From an uncultured Candidatus Entotheonella sp. (GTDB lineage Bacteria > Tectomicrobia > Entotheonellia > Entotheonellales > Entotheonellaceae), in the NCBI GenBank assembly GCA_965217185.1, contig OZ244252.1, positions 3,584,001-3,648,000 on the forward strand: 64,000 nt of DNA, in the 5' to 3' direction. A program made the position numbers and the translations under genes. The notes below the pieces were generated by a model. The model saw nothing but the letters and a program-made list of their open reading frames with translations, searched no databases and had not been told where the DNA came from. Shown one piece after another: positions 49,979-60,835 of the stretch (within the stretch, counting starts at the first letter, position 1; the number at the start of each line of letters is the position of its first letter).

Positions 49979-50475
49979 ACTCTGCCCTCTTAATACTCCC
50001 ATATGGGAGTATTATGGATTTTAAGTTTTTTGTATAGACTGAGTGCCTGTTCCTAAAGTCGGTGACGTCTCAATAGCAGGTGCGATTTCCATCGATTCCA
50101 GGGGGTTTGGCATGAAAGGGTACCGCAAAAGGGCGGTTGTTTACCCGGTATTGGCAAAAAGACAGGGCGTAGGTCTCAAATTGACCAGTTAGGCGGCCCG
50201 TCCGTGCGCCAATTTTGTAGATAAACCAACAATACTCCAGAGGAGTGCTGCCCATCACCCACCGTCCTACGTGACACTTTGTCACCTCGCGCATCAATCA
50301 TGTCCCCAAGCCGTACCAAACCCCCTCAGAATCGCTCAATTTCGGACTTACACCCAAAAGACAGAGTCGTTCTGGACTATGGAACAGACTCTTAGAATAC
50401 AAAGCCTATAACCTGGGAACTTAATTTTCGACAGCCTCCTTAGCAGGGTTGCAGGAGGCGTTTGCACGGAGACTC

Positions 50476-51627
50476 ATGAGCGAAAGGGACTTGTTCGACC
50501 GCATCCTGGTGTCGTTGCACGACGCCATGATCGACGATGTCCATTGGCATGCTACCGCCAAGCTGATCGATGAAGCCTGCCGGACAAAGGGCAACATGCT
50601 TGGGTTCGGCGAGAGGCGCTCTAACGACGATATGCAGATATTCTTCGCAAGGTTCTGCCATCGTGGGGAACGGCGGCAGGATTGGGAGCGCGAGTATTAC
50701 GAGGTTTACTACCCCCGGGACGAACGCGTTCCCCGCCTGATGCAACTGCCACCCAGCCACTTGATGTACGTTAAGGACCTCTACACCGACGAGGAGTTGA
50801 AGACCTCACCGGTGTACAACGAGGCTCTGTTACGCTCCGAATCCCAGAACAGCCTCAACGTACGTCTGGACGGGCCGGGCGGTTCGGACATCGGCTGGGT
50901 CATTGCCGACCCAAGCGGACTAGGCAGCTGGGAGACGGGTCAGATCGAGATGATCGAGCGTCTTCTACCCCATATTCGCCAGTTCGTCCGCGTCCGGGAT
51001 GTGCTGGCTGGCTCCGATGCTCTTGGCGCCTCCCTCACCGGATTGCTTGAAACCACCCGGTCCGGCGTCATTCATTTGGATCGGCGCGGGCGCATCGTCG
51101 AGGCAAACGACCGCGCCCGCGACATCCTGCGGCGGGCTGACGGGTTGTCCGACCAAGGCGGTTTCTTGGGCGCCTGGCTGCCAGCCGACAATGCCAACCT
51201 TCAGAGGCTGCTGGCACGCGCACTCCCCCCCTTCGGTGACCAAGGCGTCAGTGGCTCAATCACCATCGGGCGCCTGTCCGGCCTACCGCGGCTGGCGATG
51301 TATATAAATCCGGTGACCGACAATCACTCGGAATTCCGTAATCGCCGCGTTGCGGCGTTGGTGCTGATCGTCGATCCGGCGAGCCAGCCCAGGATCAATC
51401 CGGGTCTGGTGGCAGAGACCCTGGGCCTGACGCCGGCGGAAGGTCGGGTGGCGGCCATGTTGGCTGAAGGCAAGACGGTGCGTGATATTGCGATGGCGAC
51501 GAGCCGCCAGGAAGGCGCCGTCCATTGGCTCTTGCACCAGATATACAGGAAGCGCGGCATTTCGCGTCAGGTGGATCTGGTGCGGTTGGTGCTGTCGCTG
51601 TCTGAATGGCCGGGGGCTCAACGTTGA
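50476..51627 (+). CDS. PAS-like + LuxR-type HTH transcriptional regulator
   Basis: LDRRGRIVEAN; C-terminal LGLTPAEGRVAAMLAEG..IYRKRGISRQVDLV; GGAG RBS. Confidence 0.85.
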   Translation: MSERDLFDRILVSLHDAMIDDVHWHATAKLIDEACRTKGNMLGFGERRSNDDMQIFFARFCHRGERRQDWEREYYEVYYPRDERVPRLMQLPPSHLMYVKDLYTDEELKTSPVYNEALLRSESQNSLNVRLDGPGGSDIGWVIADPSGLGSWETGQIEMIERLLPHIRQFVRVRDVLAGSDALGASLTGLLETTRSGVIHLDRRGRIVEANDRARDILRRADGLSDQGGFLGAWLPADNANLQRLLARALPPFGDQGVSGSITIGRLSGLPRLAMYINPVTDNHSEFRNRRVAALVLIVDPASQPRINPGLVAETLGLTPAEGRVAAMLAEGKTVRDIAMATSRQEGAVHWLLHQIYRKRGISRQVDLVRLVLSLSEWPGAQR

Positions 51628-51856
51628 AGGCGCCCTTCGCCGGAATGGGGGAGACGCCTCCCCCCGTGACTGCCTGATACCGCTGGCCCAATGCACGTTT
51701 CCTTCTCCCCCTCTCTCTCCCCTATTAAATCACTAGGAATACCTATTTTTGGTCTTGGCAGAATGCACCTCACCGTAGTCCAAGGTCATCTACGAAGGCG
51801 CATGTTCAGGTGCGTCTAACGGTATTGACGTTCTGCAATAAGGGAGAGATCGCACC

Positions 51857-53617
51857 ATGAATAAGAGATTCAGTTTCAAGCAATTCCACATGAAACTCTA
51901 CAGAAGTGCCAAGAAGGACAAGAGCGTGTTCAAGATCGGCGTATGCGTGCTTCTTCTGGCCGCGCTGCCTTTTCTTCAATCATGCGACGGCGGTAACGGC
52001 GATCCTGCTGATGATGCCTCAGATGAAGGGTGGGAAGTATGGCTGGCCGATCAATCGGATAGCGCTGACATCAGTGTTGACAATCCGACCGGGACCTATG
52101 GCAGTCGAATTATCATTTACGAAAGCAGTGACATCCTTGCCGCGCCTTCTGGATGGTATGCGGAAGACGATCCGGATTACGGGCCGACCGTTATTGAAGC
52201 TGTCGACGTATTTCCGTCTGCCTTTGAAGAACTCGGCGTGGATGTACGGCGCCTTCACGGCATGTTGCCGGATCACCCGACGCATCGCTACATGAATGCG
52301 AATTTCTTCGGTCCGGGCGCAGGCATGGTAGGCATCATCGACGCGGAAGGACAATGTACGCAGTCGGACGGCGGTGACCGGGAATGCGGGCGGATTCAAG
52401 GCGATCCAGATGAGGCCGCAAAGCTCGCCAAGGCGCTTTTCCGGACCACTGGACCGGAAGGCTCCGGGCCCTCGAATCACATGTCCTATTTCTCGCCCGA
52501 CGGCACGAAGCTGATCATCTCCAATCTTGGCGCCAAGCTGTTAGAGCGCATTGATTACGACGCGGAGACCGACACTTTCACGTTCAACAAGGCTGCCACG
52601 CTCGATCTGGTGGGCGGGCGCGACCTGACCGCCTTGGAGGCGATGGCCGATTCAACCTTGCCCGACGGGCGGGTTAGCGGGGAGTATTCCAACCCTCAGA
52701 CAAGATACACGCCAAGCGGCGCGCTCAAGGAAGGGCCAGGGCGGCCCAATAACGTCGTGGTTTGCGGCAGGCCCAGTAGCAACAATCAGCATGCGTATCT
52801 CACGTTGGGCGGCGGCGGACTGTTCGTCGTCGACATGACCACCGAACCCATGTCCATCGTTGCCGAATATACCGATGACGTGATCAGCGGCGCCGGATGT
52901 GGCGGCGAGGAAGGGGGTGGCTTCATGCATATCAACGCGGGCGTCTCCGCCAGTGCCGCAGGCGCGGATGGCTCCGTGTTCATCCTGTATCGTCTGCCGC
53001 TCGACTATCCTGATGGCGCAAATCCCCACACGACCCCGAATGTGCCGCGACCCGTGAAATTTTTTGAGCACAAGAGGCTGGGCATTCCGGAGACCGATGA
53101 AGAGGGCTTGGCCAGTCGGCGTGATGCCCACGGCAGTTTCGTCTCGCACGATGGTCGGTATCTCTATCAGGCTGACCGCATCCAGAACGTCATTGAAGTA
53201 TTCGACCTGGACAAGATCATCGACGACCCCGATGCGACACTGGAAGAGCAGGCACAGGCACACGTGAACACGATTGACCTTACCGGGTCGGGATTGTGTG
53301 TCGGCGAAGGGCCGCCCTTTGTCAACCAGGAGGGTGAAGGCTATGAATTCAACGACGATCCTGCCACGGACTCCCTCGCTCTTACTCCCGATGGCAGCAG
53401 GCTCATCGTCTCCTTCCGAGGTTCGAATCCAGTCACCGTGAAGCACGCGGCACAGGGCAGTTGCCCTGGCATAGGGGTGGTCACACTCACGGACGACAGA
53501 TCGGACGGCGAGCTCACCCATGTATTTCGGACCTTCTTGTCCGACGCCACCGGCACAAGAAATCTGAGCGACATTCACATGGCAATCGTCCGCATCAAAG
53601 GACTGAGCATGCCTTGA
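51857..53617 (+). CDS. Putative secreted lipoprotein, beta-propeller-like
   Basis: Signal peptide with lipobox-like LQSC (likely start GTG 51926); blade motifs FSPDGTKLIIS, VSHDGRYLYQAD, LTPDGSRLIVS. Confidence 0.7.
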   Translation: MNKRFSFKQFHMKLYRSAKKDKSVFKIGVCVLLLAALPFLQSCDGGNGDPADDASDEGWEVWLADQSDSADISVDNPTGTYGSRIIIYESSDILAAPSGWYAEDDPDYGPTVIEAVDVFPSAFEELGVDVRRLHGMLPDHPTHRYMNANFFGPGAGMVGIIDAEGQCTQSDGGDRECGRIQGDPDEAAKLAKALFRTTGPEGSGPSNHMSYFSPDGTKLIISNLGAKLLERIDYDAETDTFTFNKAATLDLVGGRDLTALEAMADSTLPDGRVSGEYSNPQTRYTPSGALKEGPGRPNNVVVCGRPSSNNQHAYLTLGGGGLFVVDMTTEPMSIVAEYTDDVISGAGCGGEEGGGFMHINAGVSASAAGADGSVFILYRLPLDYPDGANPHTTPNVPRPVKFFEHKRLGIPETDEEGLASRRDAHGSFVSHDGRYLYQADRIQNVIEVFDLDKIIDDPDATLEEQAQAHVNTIDLTGSGLCVGEGPPFVNQEGEGYEFNDDPATDSLALTPDGSRLIVSFRGSNPVTVKHAAQGSCPGIGVVTLTDDRSDGELTHVFRTFLSDATGTRNLSDIHMAIVRIKGLSMP

Positions 53618-53626
53618 GGATACGTT

Positions 53627-53677
53627 TCCGGATCCGGTGCACCGCTCTGGTTCCTGGCTGGGTGCATCGGGTCCGGA
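53627..53677 (+). terminator. 17 bp stem hairpin after the lipoprotein gene
   Basis: tccggatccggtgcacc pairs with ggtgcatcgggtccgga (two G-U), followed by ggttt. Confidence 0.55.
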
Positions 53678-53945
53678 GGTTTGATGACTTCAGAGGGCGT
53701 GTATGGCTCACACGTGTTGGTTCGTTGGCGTGCGGGTGAACCGGGGTATCTGTACGCAGCGCTAACACGCTACTGATGGCGACCGAGTACCGGGGATGTG
53801 CCTGGTGCACCTAATGTGCGTTTCGTTTGAGATCACGAGTTTTTTGGAGTTGGAGTTCCTGCGAGGGCGTTTTGCCACGACCGGATGAGCCTCTTACCAA
53901 AACTCTTGGTATCAAACGGGATTCACTTTAAGTGTCGAAGGGCGT

Positions 53946-54384
53946 TCAATCTGCCGAGGGCCGCCCTGCTTTAATGTCCTTGTCGACGCAAATTGACCAT
54001 GCCCCATCCGTGCTGCCCCACTTGCTTGGCGCAGCGGACAACAACGGACGCGTATTCCTCGGGGTATGCCAGCAACGCCTCATACGACGCCAGGTCCTGT
54101 TCGGCACATGCTCTCGCCATCGCGCTGCCAAACTCCCCCGTCTGAGACAGACAGCGGGCGATGATCAGGCTCCGCTCATCACTCGTCACCTCGGTTGGCG
54201 CACCATGCCCCTTCGGATTGGCCATGGCGTCAAGGCAGGCGTGTCGCTCCATGTTTTGTTCGACTATCGTAGATCGTTCCCGGTCGGAGGCAATAGACGG
54301 CTTCAGCACAAAAACGCAACTCGCCCACCAAGCGGCCATCGCGGCGAGGCATACCAGCCGCCATGTGTGCCTGTCTGGATTCAT
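53946..54384 (-). pseudogene. Small secreted Cys-repeat protein with probable 3' frameshift
   Basis: Signal-like N-terminus; repeat IIARCLSQTGEFGSAMARACAEQD vs VVVRCAKQVGQHGWGMV-ICVDKD, the last part in another frame near 53990. Confidence 0.55.
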
Positions 54385-54498
54385 GGCTTTTACGTTCTGT
54401 TCGGGACCTGACCTAGCCCCTTGAATCCGGGCCGGGGAGATGTGAGTCCTTTGGAGGTCTTGATAAAGTGATGATTCCCGCTTCTGCCAGCAAAGCCG

Positions 54499-54571
54499 CG
54501 TCACTCCGGCGGGAGCCGGAGTCCAGGGTTTCCCCGGAGTCAGTGGATTCCGGGTCAAGCCCGGAATGACG
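54499..54571. repeat. CGTC-type REP doublet
   Basis: CGTCACTCCGGCGGGAGCCGGAGTCCAG ... TGGATTCCGGGTCAAGCCCGGAATGACG. Confidence 0.82.
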
Positions 54572-54724
54572 ACTCAGGAATGCTGGGTAACTCATTTGCA
54601 CCGTCATGACCGATGGGAGACATCGGTTATTCATCACGGCGTGTTCAGAACCTCCTTGGAGAATCAATTTGCATCACCCGTACCAGGGGAGAGGGTTATT
54701 CGGTGACACATGGGGCTTTCCGTA

Positions 54725-55006
54725 TTAGTCGTCGCCATTGACGACGTCCTTGAAAAACTTGCCTGACTTGAACCGCACCACCCGCCGCGCCGGTATTTCG
54801 GCCTCCTCGCCCGTTTTGGGATTCCGCCCGAGACGCGCGTGCTTTTCGCGCACCTGAAAGGTGCCGAAGCGCCGAAGAACGACCGACTCGCCCCGGCACA
54901 GGCTGTCCTTCAGTTCGTCGAGAATCGCGTCCACGGCCTCTTCGGCTTTCACCTTGGTGATGTCGGTTTCATCGGCAATACGATTGACAATCTCGACTTT
55001 CCTCAT
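54725..55006 (-). CDS. HU/IHF family DNA-binding protein
   Basis: FGTFQVR, GRNPKTGE, VVRFKSGK. Confidence 0.93.
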   Translation of the reverse strand: MRKVEIVNRIADETDITKVKAEEAVDAILDELKDSLCRGESVVLRRFGTFQVREKHARLGRNPKTGEEAEIPARRVVRFKSGKFFKDVVNGDD

Positions 55007-55145
55007 AGGCTGGCGCTCCCGGGTTCAGGGGTGAGGGGCGGTGAGACAACGTATGGTTCTGATGTCTGTGGGCAGGTGGAACTCGTTGAATATCAGATTC
55101 TGCCGCCTGAATCAAGAGCGCCGAACCATTTGCAGTATTGATTGC

Positions 55146-56336
55146 TCAGGCCCTGGGCGGCACCTGTTCCAAGCGCTGGAGCGGCAGCGCCACGGACAGG
55201 CTGAGCGCGTGCCAGAGACGTGCCGCGGCGCGGGCGATGCGGGTGAACAGCGAGCTGCGCTGCGTCACGCTGGCCGATTCGCCGCTCAGGGAGGCAAACT
55301 CTCGCAGGAGTTCTTCCTGGCGCTCGGTGAGACGGGTGGGGGTGCGCACCACGACGTGGGCGATCTGGTCGCCGCGCCCGCCGCCGCGCACGTGCGGCAC
55401 GCCGCCGCCGCGCAGGATTATCGTGTCGCGGGTCTGGGTGCCGCGCGGGATGGTGAGCGTTTTGGGTCCGTACAGCGACGGAACTTCCACATCCGCACCC
55501 AAGGCGGCCTGGGAGAACGAGATCGTCACCTCGCAATGCACGTCGGTGCCGTCCTGCTCGAAAATATCGTGCGGCGCTACGTGCACCACCACGTACAGGT
55601 CGCCCGGCGGCCCGCCGTTGGTGCCCTCCTCGCCCTCGCCGGTGAGACGCAGGCGGGAGTTTTCGTCCATGCCGGCCGGGATCTTCACCGACAGCTTCTT
55701 GGGCGTTTGCACCAACCCCAGCCCTCGGCACTCGGGGCACGGGTCGGTAATCACCATGCCTTGGCCGCGGCAGCGCGGGCACGTGGTACGCATGGCAAAA
55801 AAGCCCTGCCGCCGCTCCACCTGTCCCATGCCGCCGCAGGTGCCGCAGGTGGTGGGTTGCGTGCCCGGTGCGGTGCGCTTGCCCAGGCACTGGATGCAGG
55901 TCTCGGTTTTGTCGAACTCCAGCATTTTCTCGGTACCGGAAACGACTTCTTCCAGGGTGACCTGAACGTCGTAGCGCAGGTCCGCGCCGGCGCGGGCCGC
56001 GGTGCGTCCGCCTCGGCGTCCGCCGCCGCCAAAACCGAACAGTTCCTCGAAAATGCTGCCGAAGCTGGAGAAGACGTCCTCGGCGCCGCCAAAGCCCTGA
56101 AAGCCGGCGCCCTGCAGGCCGTCGTGACCGTAGCGGTCATACAAGCTGCGCTTTTCGGGGTCGTTCAGCACGTCGTAGGCTTCCGCCGCCTCTTTGAATT
56201 TTTCCTCGGCTTTGGGATCGTCCGGGTTGCGGTCCGGGTGGTATTTCAAAGCCAGTTTGCGATAGTTTTTTTTCAATTCGTCCTCGCTCGCATCGCGCGA
56301 CACGTCGAGGATTTTGTAATAATCCCGTTTGACCAT
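55146..56336 (-). CDS. dnaJ: Chaperone DnaJ (class A)
   Basis: J domain HPD, G/F region, four CxxCxGxG-type repeats. Confidence 0.95.
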   Translation of the reverse strand: MVKRDYYKILDVSRDASEDELKKNYRKLALKYHPDRNPDDPKAEEKFKEAAEAYDVLNDPEKRSLYDRYGHDGLQGAGFQGFGGAEDVFSSFGSIFEELFGFGGGGRRGGRTAARAGADLRYDVQVTLEEVVSGTEKMLEFDKTETCIQCLGKRTAPGTQPTTCGTCGGMGQVERRQGFFAMRTTCPRCRGQGMVITDPCPECRGLGLVQTPKKLSVKIPAGMDENSRLRLTGEGEEGTNGGPPGDLYVVVHVAPHDIFEQDGTDVHCEVTISFSQAALGADVEVPSLYGPKTLTIPRGTQTRDTIILRGGGVPHVRGGGRGDQIAHVVVRTPTRLTERQEELLREFASLSGESASVTQRSSLFTRIARAAARLWHALSLSVALPLQRLEQVPPRA

Positions 56337-56347
56337 GGCGTTGTACC

Positions 56348-56665
56348 TTATGTCGAAGCCGGATTGTGTGAGTTGCCCGGCGCCTCGCGCATGGCCAGCA
56401 GGGCGCGCGTTTCTTCCTGCGCGGCGCGGAGCTTGCGCAGCAGGTCCATGATGATCGTCACGCCCGCCAGATTGACCCCCATCTCGCGCGTCAGATTCAG
56501 AATCGTGCTGAGGTGGTCAATGTCCCGGCGCGAGTAGAGCCGCGTGTTGCCCGCCGAGCGTTCGGGATGCAGCAGCCCTTCGCGCTCGTACAGGCGCAGG
56601 GTCTGCGGATGCACGTTGAACATGCTGGCGACGGCGCTGATGGTGAAGTATTCCTTGCCGGCCAT
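56348..56665 (-). CDS. hspR: HspR-like MerR-family repressor
   Basis: [28 protein letters not shown]. Confidence 0.85.
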   Translation of the reverse strand: MAGKEYFTISAVASMFNVHPQTLRLYEREGLLHPERSAGNTRLYSRRDIDHLSTILNLTREMGVNLAGVTIIMDLLRKLRAAQEETRALLAMREAPGNSHNPAST

Positions 56666-56668
56666 GGC

Positions 56669-57586
56669 TTACCACCCCTTGGCGCGCGGTTGCATGGGAT
56701 TGCGGGCGCTGAACTCTTCCAGCAGCTCCCGCGAGCGGTCGTCCAGCGTCTCCGGCAGCACGACGTGCACGCGCACGTACTGGTTGCCGCGCTCATTGCC
56801 TTGCCGGTTCGGCGCCCCCTTGCCGCGCAAGCGGAAGCGGCGGCCATTCTGCGTGCCGGGCGGCAGCGTCATGGAAGTGGGGCCGTCGATGGTGGGCACC
56901 TCGATTTTGGCGCCCAGCATGGCCTCGGCCAGCGTCACCGGCACCTCGCACTCGATGTCGCTGCCGCGGCGCTCGAAGTAGGCGTGCGGCTTGACCCGTA
57001 TGACGACGTACAGGTCGCCCGGCGGCGCGCCCGCGGTTCCGGCGGTGCCCTTGCCGGCGATGCGTATCTTGGAGCCGGTGTCGACGCCCGGCGGGATTTT
57101 GATCTGCCGACGTTCGACGCTGCCGTCCCGGTGGGTCAGCTTGACGCGCGTCGTAGTGCCGCGCAGGGCGTCCTCGAAGGGAATTTCCAGGGTCTGCTCA
57201 ACGTCCTGCCCGCGTTGCGGCATCGGCCCGGCGCGCCCGCCGCCGCCGCCCGCGAACAGATCGTCAAAAATGGTGCCGAATCCCTCGGTAAAGCCCCCCC
57301 CTGAGCCAAAGATATCGCGGATGTTACCGGTGTGAAAACCGCCGAATCCGCCGCCGCTCGTGTCAAATGCCTGGTGCCCGAAGCGGTCGTATTTCGTGCG
57401 GCTCTCGGCGTTGCCCAGCACCTCGTAAGCCTCGGATATCTCCTTGAATTTCTGCTCGGCAGCAGCGTCTCCCGGGTTGACGTCCGGGTGGTACTGGCGC
57501 GCCAGCCGGCGGTAGGCCTGCTTGATCTCTTTTTCGGAGGCGTCCCGTTTGACGTTGAGGGTCTGGTAGTAGTCCTGCTTGGCCAT
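56669..57586 (-). CDS. Class B DnaJ (CbpA-like, no Zn finger)
   Basis: DYYQTL, YHPDVN, C-terminal DnaJ domain. Confidence 0.9.
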   Translation of the reverse strand: MAKQDYYQTLNVKRDASEKEIKQAYRRLARQYHPDVNPGDAAAEQKFKEISEAYEVLGNAESRTKYDRFGHQAFDTSGGGFGGFHTGNIRDIFGSGGGFTEGFGTIFDDLFAGGGGGRAGPMPQRGQDVEQTLEIPFEDALRGTTTRVKLTHRDGSVERRQIKIPPGVDTGSKIRIAGKGTAGTAGAPPGDLYVVIRVKPHAYFERRGSDIECEVPVTLAEAMLGAKIEVPTIDGPTSMTLPPGTQNGRRFRLRGKGAPNRQGNERGNQYVRVHVVLPETLDDRSRELLEEFSARNPMQPRAKGW

Positions 57587-57658
57587 AGGCCAGTTTCCTT
57601 CCAGGCTTGGCGCGCACGATGGATGTGGGGGTTGGAGCGAAAGGCTGAGCGGGGAAGA

Positions 57659-57688
57659 ATTATGATATGTGAGTCTTGGCATGTCAAC
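57659..57688 (-). promoter_or_regulatory. Sigma70 promoter overlapped by a HAIR-like operator
   Basis: TTGACA-17-CATAAT; GTTGACA-N7-ACTCACA vs HAIR consensus CTTGAGT-N7-ACTCAAG; upstream of the hspR operon. Confidence 0.65.
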
Positions 57689-57721
57689 CTTGCAGTGCTT
57701 TGCGCAGCAAGGCCGGAGCGG

Positions 57722-58615
57722 TCAGCTTGTCAGAGGCGACACCGTCAGGCGGGAGGGCTTCTCGATTTCCATGAAGATGGCGCCGTCTTTGAAGATGCGT
57801 ACGTCGCCGGTGGATTCGGAGATGACGATGGCGACGGCTTCGGTGACGGAGGTGATGCCGGCGGCGGCGACGTGGCGGGAACCCAGGCCCTGGGGCAGGT
57901 CGACGGTGGATTCCAGAGCAGCGTTGAGGTGGCGGCCGGCGGAGGTCACCTCGCCGTCTTCGCGGATGACGAAGGCGCCGTCGAGGGCAGAGAACTCCTT
58001 CAGGGTTTCGCGCAGTTGCGGGTTGAGCAGGTTGCGCTCCTCGGCGGGATAGCCCTGGAACGGGTTGAAGATGGTTTGACGCGAGAACTGCATCACCTTG
58101 TCGTGGTCGCCCAGCACGAAGGTGGCGCCCACCGGCTTGCCCTCGCGTCCCTGGCTGGCCAGTTCCACCGCGAGATTCAACAGTGCCTCGAAAACCGCGG
58201 AGGGGATGTTGCCCGCGATGGCCGACACGTTCGTGGAGATGAGCAACTCCCGTTCCTTGCCGATGTCGAGCACGACGATGCAATCGAGGGAGCCGAAAAC
58301 CGATGATCCGGTCAGGCAGACGATCTTGTCCCCCTCGGTGACGTGGCCCTCGGACAGCGCCATAACCACGGCGAGCTTGATCTGTCCCATGCGGGTGAGT
58401 GGAATGGGCGGCAGGCGCAGGGTGGCGGAGACCTCCGCGCTGGGCTCGGTGCGGCTTTCGGAGTGGGTGATCAGGATGATGTCGGTGGCGTCCAGCATGC
58501 CGCTGGGGATGGGATAGTCCTGAATGGCGTCGGCGTAGACGAACAGGGCGTGGGCGCCGATTTCGTTGGCGATGACGCAGGCTGATTCGACGATGACGGT
58601 ATTAAGAGAACCCAT
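57722..58615 (-). CDS. Diadenylate cyclase, DacZ-like architecture
   Basis: LDGAFVI, GLGSRHVAA, ISESTG; N-terminal pyruvate-kinase-C-like region; no TM. Confidence 0.82.
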   Translation of the reverse strand: MGSLNTVIVESACVIANEIGAHALFVYADAIQDYPIPSGMLDATDIILITHSESRTEPSAEVSATLRLPPIPLTRMGQIKLAVVMALSEGHVTEGDKIVCLTGSSVFGSLDCIVVLDIGKERELLISTNVSAIAGNIPSAVFEALLNLAVELASQGREGKPVGATFVLGDHDKVMQFSRQTIFNPFQGYPAEERNLLNPQLRETLKEFSALDGAFVIREDGEVTSAGRHLNAALESTVDLPQGLGSRHVAAAGITSVTEAVAIVISESTGDVRIFKDGAIFMEIEKPSRLTVSPLTS

Positions 58616-58789
58616 ATCCGCCTCACAGGACAACGAGCCGCTGCTTGGGACGACGTACATTTTTGTTGAGACAGTGTAGCCAAACCGGCGGCTGTCTGTC
58701 AAAAGATGGTTGCCCCGCGTGTGCTATAGTGCTGCGCCTGTTTCAACGGGGTTCGTCAAACTTTCCACCATGCCACCGAGAAACCGCCT

Positions 58790-60835
58790 ATGACGACGCA
58801 GCGCGCCCCCGCTTCCCTCCGCCGCCGGCGCAACATCGGCATCATTTCGCACATCGACGCGGGCAAGACCACCGTGACGGAGCGCATCCTCTATTACACG
58901 GGCCTGACGCACAAGCTCGGCGAGGTGCATGACGGGCAGGCGGTGATGGATTGGATGCAGCAGGAGCGCGAACGCGGCATCACGATCAGCGCCGCGGCGA
59001 CGACGTGCGACTGGCAGCGGCACCAGATCACCATTATCGACACGCCCGGGCACGTGGACTTCACCATCGAGGTGGAGCGCTCGCTGCGCGTTCTGGATGG
59101 GGCGGTGGCGATCTTCGCGGCGGTGGAAGGGGTGCAGCCGCAATCCGAATCGGTGTGGCACCAGGCGAACCGCTACCGGGTGCCGCGCCTGGCGTTCATC
59201 AACAAGATGGACCGGCTGGGAGCGGACCACGAGCGCGTGCTGCAGGACATCCGGGACACCCTGGGCGCCTCGCCACTGCTGCTGCAACTGCCCCTGGGAA
59301 CGGAAGAGCACTTTCAGGGGATCATCGACCTGATCGACATGCAGTGCGTGAGCTGGCGCGCCGACGATGCCGGGATGACGCCGGAGACAGGCGCCATTCC
59401 ACCGGAGTTTGAGGAGGCGGCGCAGGCGCAGCGGGCCGCCTTGCTGGAAACGGTGGCCGAGCACGATGACGACTTGCTGGAACGGTACTTGGCCGGTGAG
59501 CCGCTGGACGCCGAGGCGATTCGCAGCGCGGTGCGCAAGAGCACCCTGTCCGGCGCCCTCGTGCCGGTGCTGCTGGGCTCCGGCCTGCACAACAAGGGCA
59601 TCCAGCCGCTTCTGGACGCCATCGTGTGGTATCTGCCGTCGCCCGTTGACGTGCCGTCGATTACCGGTGTCGAGCCGACCGAGGAAACCGCCGCCGAACG
59701 CCATAACGACCCGAGCGAGCCGCTGGCGGCGCTTGCCTTCAAGGTGGCGCTGGACCAGGGCCGCCGCCTCACCTATCTCCGTCTCTACGCCGGCTGCCTT
59801 GAGGCCGGCACCCAGATCTACAATCCCAGAACCGGCGCGAATGAGCGGGTGGCGCGCCTGTTGCGCATGCACGCGAACAAGCGCCAGCGCCTGGACCGGG
59901 CGCAGGCCGGGGACATCGTGGCCGCTACCGGGTTGAAGGACGCGACGACCGGCGACACCCTGTGCGACCCCGCGCATCCCATCCGCTTCGAGGCCATCGC
60001 CTACCCGGAACCGGTGATCAATCTGGCCGTGGAACCGATGACCAACGCCGAGCAGGACAAGTTGCAGTCCGCCCTTGAAAAGCTTGCCGCTGAGGACCCG
60101 ACGCTGCAGGTGCAATTTGATGAGGAGCGGGGGCACACCATATTGTCGGGCATGGGCGAGCTGCACCTCGAGGTGCTTATCCGTCGCCTGGCCGATGAGT
60201 TTAAGTTGGCCGTCAACGTGGGGAAACCGCAGGTCGTCTATCGCGAGACTATTCAGGGTGAGGCGGAATGCTCGGAGACTTTTGACCGGGAGATTGCCGG
60301 CAAGCGTCAGGTTGCCGAGGTTACGTTAGCCGTCGCGCCCGCTGCTTCCGGCGCCGGCCTTGAATTTGCCGGTACGCCGCCGGAAGACGCCGAGGCGCCA
60401 GCGGACATGATTGACGCCGTGCGGCAGGGCGTTCTGGATGCCGCGTCGTCGGGGGTGATGCAAGGCTATCCGGTGGTTGACGTGCGTGTTGAACCGCGCC
60501 GCTTGCTCTGCCGGGACGACAGCACCCCGCTGGCCTTTCAGGTCGCCGCCGGGCAAGCCTTTCACCGCGCCCTGGAAGCGGCGCAGCCTGTTCTGCTCGA
60601 ACCGGTGATGAGCCTCGAAATCCTGGTGCCCGAGGCGTTTGTCGGCAGCGTCATCAGCGGGTTGCAGAGTCGCCGCGGCGTTGTTGAAGGCATCGAAAGC
60701 CAGGGCCTTCAGCACGTGCTGCGCGCGCGCGTTCCGCTTGCCGAAACCTTCGGCTACATGACGGATCTGCGTTCCGCCAGCCAAGGGCGCGGCACCTTCA
60801 GCATGCAGTTTGCGCACTACGCGCCGGCGCCGTAG
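58790..60835 (+). CDS. fusA: Elongation factor G paralogue
   Basis: [32 protein letters not shown]; outside the str operon. Confidence 0.9.
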   Translation: MTTQRAPASLRRRRNIGIISHIDAGKTTVTERILYYTGLTHKLGEVHDGQAVMDWMQQERERGITISAAATTCDWQRHQITIIDTPGHVDFTIEVERSLRVLDGAVAIFAAVEGVQPQSESVWHQANRYRVPRLAFINKMDRLGADHERVLQDIRDTLGASPLLLQLPLGTEEHFQGIIDLIDMQCVSWRADDAGMTPETGAIPPEFEEAAQAQRAALLETVAEHDDDLLERYLAGEPLDAEAIRSAVRKSTLSGALVPVLLGSGLHNKGIQPLLDAIVWYLPSPVDVPSITGVEPTEETAAERHNDPSEPLAALAFKVALDQGRRLTYLRLYAGCLEAGTQIYNPRTGANERVARLLRMHANKRQRLDRAQAGDIVAATGLKDATTGDTLCDPAHPIRFEAIAYPEPVINLAVEPMTNAEQDKLQSALEKLAAEDPTLQVQFDEERGHTILSGMGELHLEVLIRRLADEFKLAVNVGKPQVVYRETIQGEAECSETFDREIAGKRQVAEVTLAVAPAASGAGLEFAGTPPEDAEAPADMIDAVRQGVLDAASSGVMQGYPVVDVRVEPRRLLCRDDSTPLAFQVAAGQAFHRALEAAQPVLLEPVMSLEILVPEAFVGSVISGLQSRRGVVEGIESQGLQHVLRARVPLAETFGYMTDLRSASQGRGTFSMQFAHYAPAP

